Positions 37,926 to 45,223 of a stretch of 64,000 nt of DNA are shown in pieces. The stretch is from a virus, in the IMG/VR virus record IMGVR_UViG_3300030107_001446, positions 96,001-160,000 of that record; one strand, written 5' to 3'. Within the stretch, counting starts at the first letter, position 1; each line of letters begins with the position of its first letter. The notes beneath the pieces were generated by a model. The model was not told the DNA's origin. It did no database searches and saw nothing but the letters and a program-made list of their open reading frames with translations. The position numbers were made by a program, and so were the translations under genes.

Positions 37926-38338
37926 ATCTCAATCTCGACCTAAACCAATTAAAATATTTAAGGGGAGTATTATCCATTGCTAGGATGTATAAACCATATG
38001 AGGATAGAGGGGACGCTAATTTATGTCCTAAGGGGACACTATGGAATGATTTTCAAGAGGATTTGTTTATACAAGTAGAAGCAGCGATACAAAGACAGTA
38101 TCCAAAGTGTCCACCTTGGTCACCATACGGTCAGTTTTCGACTATAATAGAAGAGTCAAGGAAATTAAACGAGCAAATGACTTCAAAAGCACTCACAAAA
38201 GCAGATTTCGACCTAATCAACCTTGTTTTTTCAAGTGCAGCAGCACTTGATGTAGATGTGAAACTTGTTGATGATGGTGATACCACACACGACCACTTTT
38301 CAGATGTGTGGAATAAAGTTATCGATGGAGGTAACTAA
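37922..38338 (+). CDS. Hypothetical protein (138 aa)
   Basis: ORF with SD GGAG. Confidence 0.65.
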   Translation: MNLNLDLNQLKYLRGVLSIARMYKPYEDRGDANLCPKGTLWNDFQEDLFIQVEAAIQRQYPKCPPWSPYGQFSTIIEESRKLNEQMTSKALTKADFDLINLVFSSAAALDVDVKLVDDGDTTHDHFSDVWNKVIDGGN

Positions 38339-38339
38339 T

Positions 38340-38522
38340 ATGTCATCATTACATCACGAGTCACTACTTGAAACATGCTACGAGGAAGCATGGGTAGATT
38401 TCGCAAAAACAAATAACCTAACATTTGACCAACTGGATGCACTAGACCAAAATAGTGAGTTAGGTTACCTGCCAGTAATAGCAGAGGATGCACAAAGAAG
38501 ATTTGAGGAGTTGTGCAGATGA
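38340..38522 (+). CDS. Conserved cyanophage hypothetical protein (60 aa; start moved to 38340)
   Basis: MSSLHHESLLETCYEEAW; SD GGAGG just upstream. Confidence 0.7.
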   Translation: MSSLHHESLLETCYEEAWVDFAKTNNLTFDQLDALDQNSELGYLPVIAEDAQRRFEELCR

Positions 38523-38650
38523 ATAAATTTGAAATAACATTTGATGAGCAATATCAACTCATTAAATTATATGATTTACTTAGGGATAATGGTATGATAA
38601 ATGACCTACCTAATGAAATCGAAACATTCTTTGAAAAACTACTGGACTAA
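38519..38650 (+). CDS. Small hypothetical protein (43 aa)
   Basis: Manual translation; ATGA overlap. Confidence 0.55.
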   Translation: MNKFEITFDEQYQLIKLYDLLRDNGMINDLPNEIETFFEKLLD

Positions 38651-38654
38651 TTAA

Positions 38655-38945
38655 ATGACACTAACCAAATCATTATTCACAACTGATGAGATACAGGATC
38701 TCAAAGAAGAGTTTGTAGAGTTTCAAATTAATGAAATGACTACTGAAGAGATGGCAGCATACATTCGTGATGCTGAATTAAAGAAAGTTAATCCATTAAC
38801 TGAAGACCAACTCAGAAATGAAATTGATGAGTATGATGAGTATTTGTATGAAATACTTGCAAATTATGTTAAGGATGTAGATAATAGTTGGGAAATATTA
38901 AATGAGTTTATACACGATAGACAACAAAACATTTATTTTGAATAA
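38655..38945 (+). CDS. Acidic hypothetical protein (96 aa)
   Basis: ORF track; tight packing. Confidence 0.65.
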   Translation: MTLTKSLFTTDEIQDLKEEFVEFQINEMTTEEMAAYIRDAELKKVNPLTEDQLRNEIDEYDEYLYEILANYVKDVDNSWEILNEFIHDRQQNIYFE

Positions 38946-39169
38946 TGGAAGTAATCATCACACCAGAAAATGTCACAATGGCATTATCCCCAAAACAATG
39001 GGAATTAACTGATTATCAGTTATCATCACTTATTGAGTTTATCAATGAGAATAACCAATATAATGATGAAGAAGAGACTATCGATCATTGGGATGAGATA
39101 GCATACAAATTAATGCAACAATGGGACTATAGGTATGCAGATGAAAAGAGAAGATACATTCGAGAGTAA
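38945..39169 (+). CDS. Hypothetical protein (74 aa)
   Basis: ORF track; TAATG overlap. Confidence 0.6.
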   Translation: MEVIITPENVTMALSPKQWELTDYQLSSLIEFINENNQYNDEEETIDHWDEIAYKLMQQWDYRYADEKRRYIRE

Positions 39170-39170
39170 T

Positions 39171-39332
39171 ATGGAGAATTTTATAACAAGATATGCTAAC
39201 CAAAAAGGTTACACCACTAGGGAATGCTACACACCTATCAAAGTGCAAGAAGTTCCTGAAGCATTCAAGCATAAATATGCTACATACGATGAATACATCG
39301 ATGCACTAGCAGATTACATTAATGGTTATTAA
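39171..39332 (+). CDS. Hypothetical protein (53 aa; start moved to 39171)
   Basis: MENFITRY...YDEYIDALADY. Confidence 0.6.
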   Translation: MENFITRYANQKGYTTRECYTPIKVQEVPEAFKHKYATYDEYIDALADYINGY

Positions 39333-39334
39333 TT

Positions 39335-39541
39335 ATGGCACTAAGTAAACAAGTAAAAGACAGTTTAGAAGCAGCATCCGAGGATTTGAGGAATGCGTTG
39401 GCATTTAGTGCCAGATGTGAGAAACCTTACATATCAAAACATATTGCAGATATGTTATCACAAATTGATAATATAATATATGTTGTCCCAATATTAGATA
39501 AAGTGGAGGAAATGCAGGATGGCATCATTGATGATAACTGA
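39335..39541 (+). CDS. Conserved cyanophage hypothetical protein (68 aa)
   Basis: MALSKQV.DSL..A...LRNALAFSAR.EKP. Confidence 0.75.
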   Translation: MALSKQVKDSLEAASEDLRNALAFSARCEKPYISKHIADMLSQIDNIIYVVPILDKVEEMQDGIIDDN

Positions 39542-39911
39542 TGGAGTTAGGGATAACGATGAATTAAAATATTATGAGGACATTTATATTACTGATGATA
39601 ATATAACTGTTGAATCTAAACAATTACCTGCTTATACTATAGTAGATAATACATATTATACTGGTGAAACTACTGAAGGATACAGAGTAAATGCTAGGAT
39701 TAAATGTCAACTAGGCAATCCCGAAGGGATGCAGAGACACATGACAGCAGGTGATAAGGTATTAAATCCTATGATATTTAATGGTAATATATTATGGACA
39801 TATGAAAAGATAGGTATGTTTGATACAGTAGCAGAAAGTAAATCATTTATTGAATCATACATCAATGAGGATGCAACTAAACTAATCAATGAGAGACAGC
39901 ATGATGTGTGA
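39519..39911 (+). CDS. Hypothetical protein (130 aa)
   Basis: ORF track. Confidence 0.6.
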   Translation: MASLMITDGVRDNDELKYYEDIYITDDNITVESKQLPAYTIVDNTYYTGETTEGYRVNARIKCQLGNPEGMQRHMTAGDKVLNPMIFNGNILWTYEKIGMFDTVAESKSFIESYINEDATKLINERQHDV

Positions 39912-39965
39912 CAGTTGATAAAGAGTCCAATACTATGCCCATTCTTGCCCACATGTGCTTATAAT
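39907..39965 (+). promoter_or_regulatory. Early promoter with palindromic upstream element, copy 1
   Basis: TGTGACAGTT-GATA-AAGAGTCCAA, then TATAAT at 39960. Confidence 0.7.
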
Positions 39966-39993
39966 ATGCGAGTATCAATCGCATTCTTGCTTA

Positions 39994-40251
39994 ATGACAG
40001 TAACACGCACTAGAAGGACTAGGAAGGCATCTACAACTAAGAAATCCCCTGCTAGACCTAAAGTGACTAAAGTTACACCACCTGCAAGACCTGATACACT
40101 TCTCAAATTTGATGACTACAAGAAAGACATCAAATTAAGACTAGAAATCCATAACTATGAGATTTCAGCACTATGGGATGATGTTAAATGGTCTTATGAT
40201 AAAATCTCTAAGTATGTCAAATCATCATATGATAGGGCATTCAACCAGTAG
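39994..40251 (+). CDS. Conserved cyanophage early protein, basic N-terminus (85 aa; start moved to 39994)
   Basis: MTVTRTRRTRKASTTKK...DYKKDIK.R.EIHNYE. Confidence 0.7.
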   Translation: MTVTRTRRTRKASTTKKSPARPKVTKVTPPARPDTLLKFDDYKKDIKLRLEIHNYEISALWDDVKWSYDKISKYVKSSYDRAFNQ

Positions 40252-40299
40252 AGTAAGTGTCACAAGACCCCTACACAGGGGTCTTTTTTAATGTATAAT
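40241..40299 (+). promoter_or_regulatory. Early promoter with palindromic upstream element, copy 2
   Basis: TCAACCAGTA-GAGT-AAGTGTCACA, then TATAAT at 40294. Confidence 0.65.
40265..40289 (+). terminator. Intrinsic terminator nested inside promoter copy 2
   Basis: AGACCCCT-ACAC-AGGGGTCT followed by T5. Confidence 0.85.
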
Positions 40300-40392
40300 A
40301 ATAATATGAGATGAAAGTTATGCGGATGCACAATTAAGTGCTAGTCAACCGAGCAACATACAATCATCTCTTTCAATTTATTATTAAATCCC

Positions 40393-41628
40393 TTGATTTC
40401 ACTTAGACCACATCAATTACGAGCATTAAATATAATGCAACGTGAAGATAAGGGACAAATAATAGTGCCAACTGGAGGTGGTAAAACATACATTATGATT
40501 AACGATTACATTGCTATGTTACAAGAATGCAATGAAATTGAAAGTGATAATGTAACAGTAGTTGTTGCACCTCGTATATTATTAGCACAGCAATTATGTG
40601 ATGATTTCTATCATCAAGTCCCACAAGATTTAAACATATTTCATGCACATAGTGGAAGGACTTCGTTTCCAAGTTCTACTAAATCAAATGAAATTGCAGA
40701 GTTTGTTGATAACAATCATCAAACAATTATATTCACAACTTATCATTCATTGAAGAAAGTTGTAGAATCTGATATAACAATAGATTGCATATATTTTGAT
40801 GAAAGTCACAATGGCACAGCAAGATCATTCTTTGAAAGTGTTAGTAACTGTAGTCAATATGCAGAGCGTTGTTATTACTTTACAGCAACACCTAGAATAT
40901 CATATAAACATGATAGAGGGATGAATAACAAACATATCTGGGGAAATATCCTGGAATCCGTCCCTGCACCTGAGTTAATTGATGGTGGAAGTTTAATACC
41001 ACCAACTATAATTCCATTTGAAGTTGATACTAACTATGCTAAACATAATGCACATGTCCATCATTCAATTACTATACAAAATGTTATCGACAGTATAGAA
41101 TTAGAGGGCAGCAAAGTGTTAGTTAGTGTCCCATCATCTAAGGTATTAATTAACATGTTATCACGCACATATTTGATAAAAGAGTTAAGAAATAAAGGAT
41201 ACGATTTATTACACATAACAAGTAAATTTGGTGCTTATGTCAACAACAAAAAAGTTAATCGCTCTCAATTCTTTGAGACTCTCAAGCAATGGGGTGAAGA
41301 GAAAGAAAGAAAGTTTATCATCTTTCATTACAGCATCCTATCGGAAGGCATCAACGTTAGTGGACTCACTCATACAGTATTCTTGCGAAATCTTAACATC
41401 GTTGAGATGGCACAAAGCATCGGACGTGTTATTAGGATGGATAAACAAGATACCAAAGATATTGCAGAAGGCACTATTGATAGTGGGGATATTTGTAATT
41501 ATCGCAAATCCACTGGTTATTGTATTATTCCTACTCACAAGAGTTATGGCACTAAAACTCTCAAAAGAATGCAAAGAATAACGGATGACATTTTTAGAGA
41601 TGGTGTGCATACCACAGCATATTGTTAA
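40393..41628 (+). CDS. Superfamily 2 (DExH) helicase, ResIII-like (411 aa, TTG start)
   Basis: VPTGGGKT (Walker A), FDESH, FTATP, LSEGINV, QSIGRVIR. Confidence 0.9.
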   Translation: MISLRPHQLRALNIMQREDKGQIIVPTGGGKTYIMINDYIAMLQECNEIESDNVTVVVAPRILLAQQLCDDFYHQVPQDLNIFHAHSGRTSFPSSTKSNEIAEFVDNNHQTIIFTTYHSLKKVVESDITIDCIYFDESHNGTARSFFESVSNCSQYAERCYYFTATPRISYKHDRGMNNKHIWGNILESVPAPELIDGGSLIPPTIIPFEVDTNYAKHNAHVHHSITIQNVIDSIELEGSKVLVSVPSSKVLINMLSRTYLIKELRNKGYDLLHITSKFGAYVNNKKVNRSQFFETLKQWGEEKERKFIIFHYSILSEGINVSGLTHTVFLRNLNIVEMAQSIGRVIRMDKQDTKDIAEGTIDSGDICNYRKSTGYCIIPTHKSYGTKTLKRMQRITDDIFRDGVHTTAYC

Positions 41629-41652
41629 AATGTGTAAACCGCAACCAGTACG

Positions 41653-41710
41653 TGTGCCACCGCACAAAGTGTCCACTAAATGCGGACAAGGTGCGGAAAT
41701 CGGTTATAAT
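41653..41710 (+). promoter_or_regulatory. Early promoter with palindromic upstream element, copy 3
   Basis: TGTGCCACCG-CACA-AAGTGTCCAC, then TATAAT at 41705. Confidence 0.7.
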
Positions 41711-41718
41711 AAGAATAT

Positions 41719-41806
41719 GGGAAACGAAATCCCATCCCTGAGACTCTTAATTATCCACTTGGTAAACAGGTTAGCATAGAGTCAGACATCTGGGATTTTG
41801 TTTCTC
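41719..41806 (+). other. Long hairpin in a predicted 5' leader
   Basis: Nested stems 41719-25/41800-06, 41726-34/41791-99, 41742-47/41778-83, 41757-61/41767-71. Confidence 0.55.
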
Positions 41807-41838
41807 TCACCTTTGTAAATCTTTACTTCTCTCTTAAC

Positions 41839-42153
41839 ATGCGTAAAATTGAATCAGAAATGAATGCAGCAGTAACAAATCGTTACAACTTCAGCAAGTC
41901 AAATACAACTGTAAACATCAATGACAGAATCGCTGAAGTCAGACTTCATGGAAATTTAATCGCTAGAGTTGGTGACAATTTCGTCCAAATCTTCGATGGT
42001 GGTTGGCAATCAGTTACAACCAAATCTAGATTAAATGCACTATTACAGGCAGTAACACCTAACGGTGGTGTATTTCAAAGAGATTGGACTTGGTATTACA
42101 ACTCAAGCAAAGTTGGCACAGTCCCATTTTTCTCAGGTATGGAAGCAGCATAA
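41839..42153 (+). CDS. Conserved cyanophage early protein (104 aa)
   Basis: MRKIE..MN...VRLHGNLIA...FDGGWQSVTTKSRLNALL. Confidence 0.8.
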   Translation: MRKIESEMNAAVTNRYNFSKSNTTVNINDRIAEVRLHGNLIARVGDNFVQIFDGGWQSVTTKSRLNALLQAVTPNGGVFQRDWTWYYNSSKVGTVPFFSGMEAA

Positions 42154-42230
42154 ACCCTGCTCTCACCTGAGTTTTTACTGGCATTTAATATAATGTAAGT
42201 CCAGTATTTTGTCCCTTTGCTTATTACAAA

Positions 42231-42338
42231 ATGTCAAACAACGTTGCATTTAACTTTCTTGTTGAATCTCTATCTAGAGCAGAAACAGGTAACGAATTAA
42301 TCGCACTAATTGACACATACCTTGCAAATCAAGGTTAA
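42231..42338 (+). CDS. Small early protein (35 aa, MSNNVALTFL...AETGNELIALIDT)
   Basis: Manual translation; TATAAT at 42189 upstream. Confidence 0.6.
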   Translation: MSNNVAFNFLVESLSRAETGNELIALIDTYLANQG

Positions 42339-42388
42339 TTAAATAATAATGAGGGGTGCAATTCCCCTCTCATTCTTAACAATCTCTC

Positions 42389-42565
42389 ATGTTAAATCAT
42401 CTTTCAGACTTATTAGAATCATGGTGTAATAGTCAGCAATTAGAGTTTATTAGTGCTGACGATTTACTGTATGGTTACTATCAACAACTCACCATAGATC
42501 AACGTGCTTGGTTAAACAATTACATTGAAATATGGGATAAAACACAACAATTTGAGGTGGGTTAA
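42389..42565 (+). CDS. Small early protein (58 aa, ...ISADDLLY...QRAWL.NYIEIWD)
   Basis: Manual translation; follows the hairpin at 42351. Confidence 0.65.
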   Translation: MLNHLSDLLESWCNSQQLEFISADDLLYGYYQQLTIDQRAWLNNYIEIWDKTQQFEVG

Positions 42566-42567
42566 TC

Positions 42568-42798
42568 ATGTATAAAAGTGAAACATTAGGACGTATCTTT
42601 TGGTGTGAAGATGATACTTATGACTTCAAATCATGTCCTATGAAGTTAGATGGCACAGGCGATTTTGACTATTGGGATTATGTATCAGAGTGGACAGAAT
42701 GGCATGAAGTAGATATGAATTTACTCTTTGATATTCACAAAGCATGTATATTTAATAAGAGAGAATATGCAGGTAGTATAACATTTAATGGGGTATAA
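42568..42798 (+). CDS. Hypothetical early protein (76 aa)
   Basis: ORF track; SD GAGGT. Confidence 0.65.
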   Translation: MYKSETLGRIFWCEDDTYDFKSCPMKLDGTGDFDYWDYVSEWTEWHEVDMNLLFDIHKACIFNKREYAGSITFNGV

Positions 42799-42801
42799 TT
42801 A

Positions 42802-43014
42802 ATGCACTATTCAACACCATACGACATAGGATTAGGCGATTTAGTGTTATTTAAGGGCATTATTTACTATGTCTTAATTAACTACATTAAAGGTGAAACT
42901 GACGCTAAAGGTTATACACCAAACAGCAACAGAACCATCTTAATTAATGATACTTTCGGCACAAGGATTATGTGTCATAATTATAAAGAATTGGAGGTAA
43001 TTGATGAAGAATAA
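42802..43014 (+). CDS. Hypothetical early protein (70 aa)
   Basis: ORF track. Confidence 0.6.
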   Translation: MHYSTPYDIGLGDLVLFKGIIYYVLINYIKGETDAKGYTPNSNRTILINDTFGTRIMCHNYKELEVIDEE

Positions 43015-43126
43015 AAGTATTACATCACAACTAAGTGATGAAGCAATTTATCAAATACTAGAGATAATTGCAAGTGAAATTGATAATATAGATGATAAAG
43101 AGTTATTCATTAGTATGGAGGATTAA
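43004..43126 (+). CDS. Small acidic protein (40 aa)
   Basis: Manual translation; SD GGAGGT upstream. Confidence 0.55.
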   Translation: MKNKSITSQLSDEAIYQILEIIASEIDNIDDKELFISMED

Positions 43127-43128
43127 CA

Positions 43129-43314
43129 ATGCAAAGTGATGAGTTTGAAATCAAATTACCTGTTTATTTTACATGTAACGAGTATAAATTCGTAAGGGAA
43201 TGTATTCAAAATGCACAGGATAATTGGACACAAGATAAATACAAAACTTGTGATATTGTCCTTAATAAGTTATATGAATTAAGTGAAACTTGCATACAAG
43301 ATAGAATCAATTAA
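43129..43314 (+). CDS. Hypothetical early protein (61 aa)
   Basis: ORF track; SD GGAGG. Confidence 0.6.
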   Translation: MQSDEFEIKLPVYFTCNEYKFVRECIQNAQDNWTQDKYKTCDIVLNKLYELSETCIQDRIN

Positions 43315-43343
43315 CCTTTAAACATTCAATCGCATTATTATCA

Positions 43344-43607
43344 ATGACAAAACTAAATCCACGTCCAGTTTACAACAATCCACAGAAACCAGTTGTTAAC
43401 AACAATGTCAACAAATTCCCCAGATTAACTAATCAAGAATGGGATGATATTATAGGATTAATTGATGATAAACTAGAAAGGCAATATTATGAATGTTATC
43501 AAACAATAAAGGACAAACTAGAAGCATATAGGCAAGAAGATGTAATTGTCAACAGGTTATGTGACACTAATATTAGTGACTACGATAAGATACCAAATCG
43601 CTATTAA
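43344..43607 (+). CDS. Hypothetical early protein (87 aa)
   Basis: ORF track. Confidence 0.6.
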   Translation: MTKLNPRPVYNNPQKPVVNNNVNKFPRLTNQEWDDIIGLIDDKLERQYYECYQTIKDKLEAYRQEDVIVNRLCDTNISDYDKIPNRY

Positions 43608-43618
43608 TACATTATAAT
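43560..43618 (+). promoter_or_regulatory. Early promoter with palindromic upstream element, copy 4
   Basis: TGTGACACTA-ATAT-TAGTGACTAC, then TATAAT at 43613. Confidence 0.65.
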
Positions 43619-43644
43619 ATTAGTATAGACAACAAACAAACCTT

Positions 43645-43899
43645 ATGAATCCAGTATTAAAGCAATTCATTGATTACATTTTTTCATTCTACGGATGTCC
43701 TGATGATGTCCTTTACCCACTTGTTAAGGATAACAGGATGGTAACCAAACATGAAATTTATCAAGCAATCAAAGTTTATATTGCTAAACTGGAAACCGCA
43801 TCCGCAGGATCTTTCTACACTTGGGGCGGTGGTGATTCTCTAGACAGAGAAAGAGTAAGGGATATTTTAATCTCAGATTTCAACTTCACACTTCAGTAA
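43645..43899 (+). CDS. Conserved early protein (84 aa, ...FIDY..SFYG...WGGGDSLDRERVRDIL)
   Basis: ORF track; downstream of promoter copy 4. Confidence 0.7.
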   Translation: MNPVLKQFIDYIFSFYGCPDDVLYPLVKDNRMVTKHEIYQAIKVYIAKLETASAGSFYTWGGGDSLDRERVRDILISDFNFTLQ

Positions 43900-43919
43900 A
43901 CCTAATTCATTCTAAAATT

Positions 43920-44087
43920 ATGCCAAATGCTTCAAACAAACTACAGACAGACCTTTATAACATCGCATCTAATCACGAAGGAATTTTAGATATGATAGTT
44001 TACGGATTTGTTAATGATATGTCACCATCTCAAGTAAGACAATATCAAGACATGCTAGACACCAATTTTCCTAATCAAGTATCCTAA
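43920..44087 (+). CDS. Small early protein (55 aa)
   Basis: Manual translation MPNASNKL...NFPNQVS. Confidence 0.5.
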   Translation: MPNASNKLQTDLYNIASNHEGILDMIVYGFVNDMSPSQVRQYQDMLDTNFPNQVS

Positions 44088-44088
44088 A

Positions 44089-44217
44089 ATGTTACAACTT
44101 CCTACTTCTTACCTAAAATCAGACACATTACTCAAAATCTATCAAACAGTAACACGCAAACCACAAAGTGTTTACAATCCCCCTAGAAGTAGAAAGATTT
44201 CAATACTTAATGATTAA
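44089..44217 (+). CDS. Small early protein (42 aa)
   Basis: Manual translation MLQLPTSYL...; tight packing. Confidence 0.4.
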   Translation: MLQLPTSYLKSDTLLKIYQTVTRKPQSVYNPPRSRKISILND

Positions 44218-44269
44218 ACACTAAGTATTAACAAATCACTCACAGATCGCCAAATTTTTTATTAATCAA

Positions 44270-44599
44270 ATGACCAAACTTTCCACTCTAATTGATAACA
44301 TAAACAACACACAAGTTGTAGAGCAAAATGTATATAAACTTGCAAAATGTGTAGATGCTAGTTATAAACAATCATATGATTATAGAGTCATTAATTGTGA
44401 AGTTAAAAAAGGTAAAAAGTATTGGAAACTAATATTTGACAACAGCGTTCATGCCTTTGTAGATGTAAACAATGGTGACGTATTTAAACCTGCTAGTTGG
44501 AATAAACCTGCTAAACATGTGAGGTATAACTTATTAACTAATCCAGAGATTTGCTTCACTAAATGTGATTGGGCAGGAGGATATTTGTATATAAGATGA
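44270..44599 (+). CDS. Conserved T4-like phage early protein (109 aa)
   Basis: KKGKKYWKL...SVHAFVD...GDVFKPASWNKPAKHVRYNL...DWAGGYLY. Confidence 0.8.
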   Translation: MTKLSTLIDNINNTQVVEQNVYKLAKCVDASYKQSYDYRVINCEVKKGKKYWKLIFDNSVHAFVDVNNGDVFKPASWNKPAKHVRYNLLTNPEICFTKCDWAGGYLYIR

Positions 44600-44627
44600 T
44601 AACAATCTCACCACACATGCAAGGGAG

Positions 44628-44660
44628 TTTTCCACAATTAGCGGACATACTTGTGGAAAA
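44628..44660. repeat. Perfect 10-bp inverted repeat made of two TTTTCCACA (DnaA-box-like) sites
   Basis: TTTTCCACAA-13 nt-TTGTGGAAAA; third TGTGGAAAA at 44982-44990. Confidence 0.8.
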
Positions 44661-44809
44661 TAGTGTATATTTTAAATGGTTAATTAAACATAGGTATGTG
44701 TTATTTAACGATGATAATATTGACTCTAGTTAGTGTTATCTAAGAGCGTAACATAGCGAGATTTTTTTGTCAACAACTATGGAGAAATATGTCAATCTTC
44801 GCTAACACC

Positions 44810-44838
44810 TTGACATGACACATTTTTTCCTATATAAT
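44810..44838 (+). promoter_or_regulatory. Consensus sigma70 promoter
   Basis: TTGACA-17 nt-TATAAT. Confidence 0.85.
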
Positions 44839-44859
44839 AACAATGTAAGCACAATTACA

Positions 44860-45012
44860 ATGGGAAGATCTTACAAACGTAATGACCCTTATTCATCACA
44901 TAAGGCGAAAAGTTTGAGAGAAAAGAGAAAACAATCCAACACTAAGTTCAAAGGAGTTACTAACAACAATCCGCACAATAATGTGGAAAAGTATTACAAA
45001 CCCCGCCCCTAA
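44860..45012 (+). CDS. Small basic protein (50 aa, MGRSYKRND...; start moved to 44860)
   Basis: The track start at 44815 lies inside the promoter; ATG 44860 follows the predicted TSS. Confidence 0.65.
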   Translation: MGRSYKRNDPYSSHKAKSLREKRKQSNTKFKGVTNNNPHNNVEKYYKPRP

Positions 45013-45052
45013 TTGCCCCCCTATACTATGCCCCGCATTGCCCTTTTTTGCT

Positions 45053-45223
45053 ATGTCTAAAATAACAACTATTCAGACAATTCCACCAGTAAATGTTAAA
45101 TTGTGGTCACACGGTTCTAAACACTTTTGGGCATACGATTACCCAGGAAATAGTAAGAACGGACCATTTAAATCTGAGAAATTAGCATTACTTGACGCAA
45201 CCCAATTCTCTAGTGATTCATGA
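45053..45223 (+). CDS. Hypothetical protein (56 aa; start moved to 45053)
   Basis: MSKITTIQ...FWAYD...NGPFKSE. Confidence 0.6.
   Translation: MSKITTIQTIPPVNVKLWSHGSKHFWAYDYPGNSKNGPFKSEKLALLDATQFSSDS

Noticed and set aside
40393-41628. Helicase as the Res subunit of a Type III R-M system with the nearby MTases
   Set aside because: No C-terminal nuclease domain is visible, it is 3.7 kb away under a separate promoter, and the MTases are too small to be Type III Mod subunits.
41751-41759. TTATCCACT, an 8/9 DnaA-box match
   Set aside because: Single imperfect copy inside a predicted RNA leader, about 3 kb from the box cluster; chance occurrence is likely.
42351-42369. GGGGTGCAATTCCCC resembles a tRNA T-arm / T-loop
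   Set aside because: No acceptor, D or anticodon arms and no cobalamin-riboswitch core nearby; treated as an isolated hairpin.
44149-44215. Partial match to the early palindromic element (AAGTGTTTAC)
   Set aside because: Half-site spacing (19 vs 15) and -10 position do not fit the four good copies.
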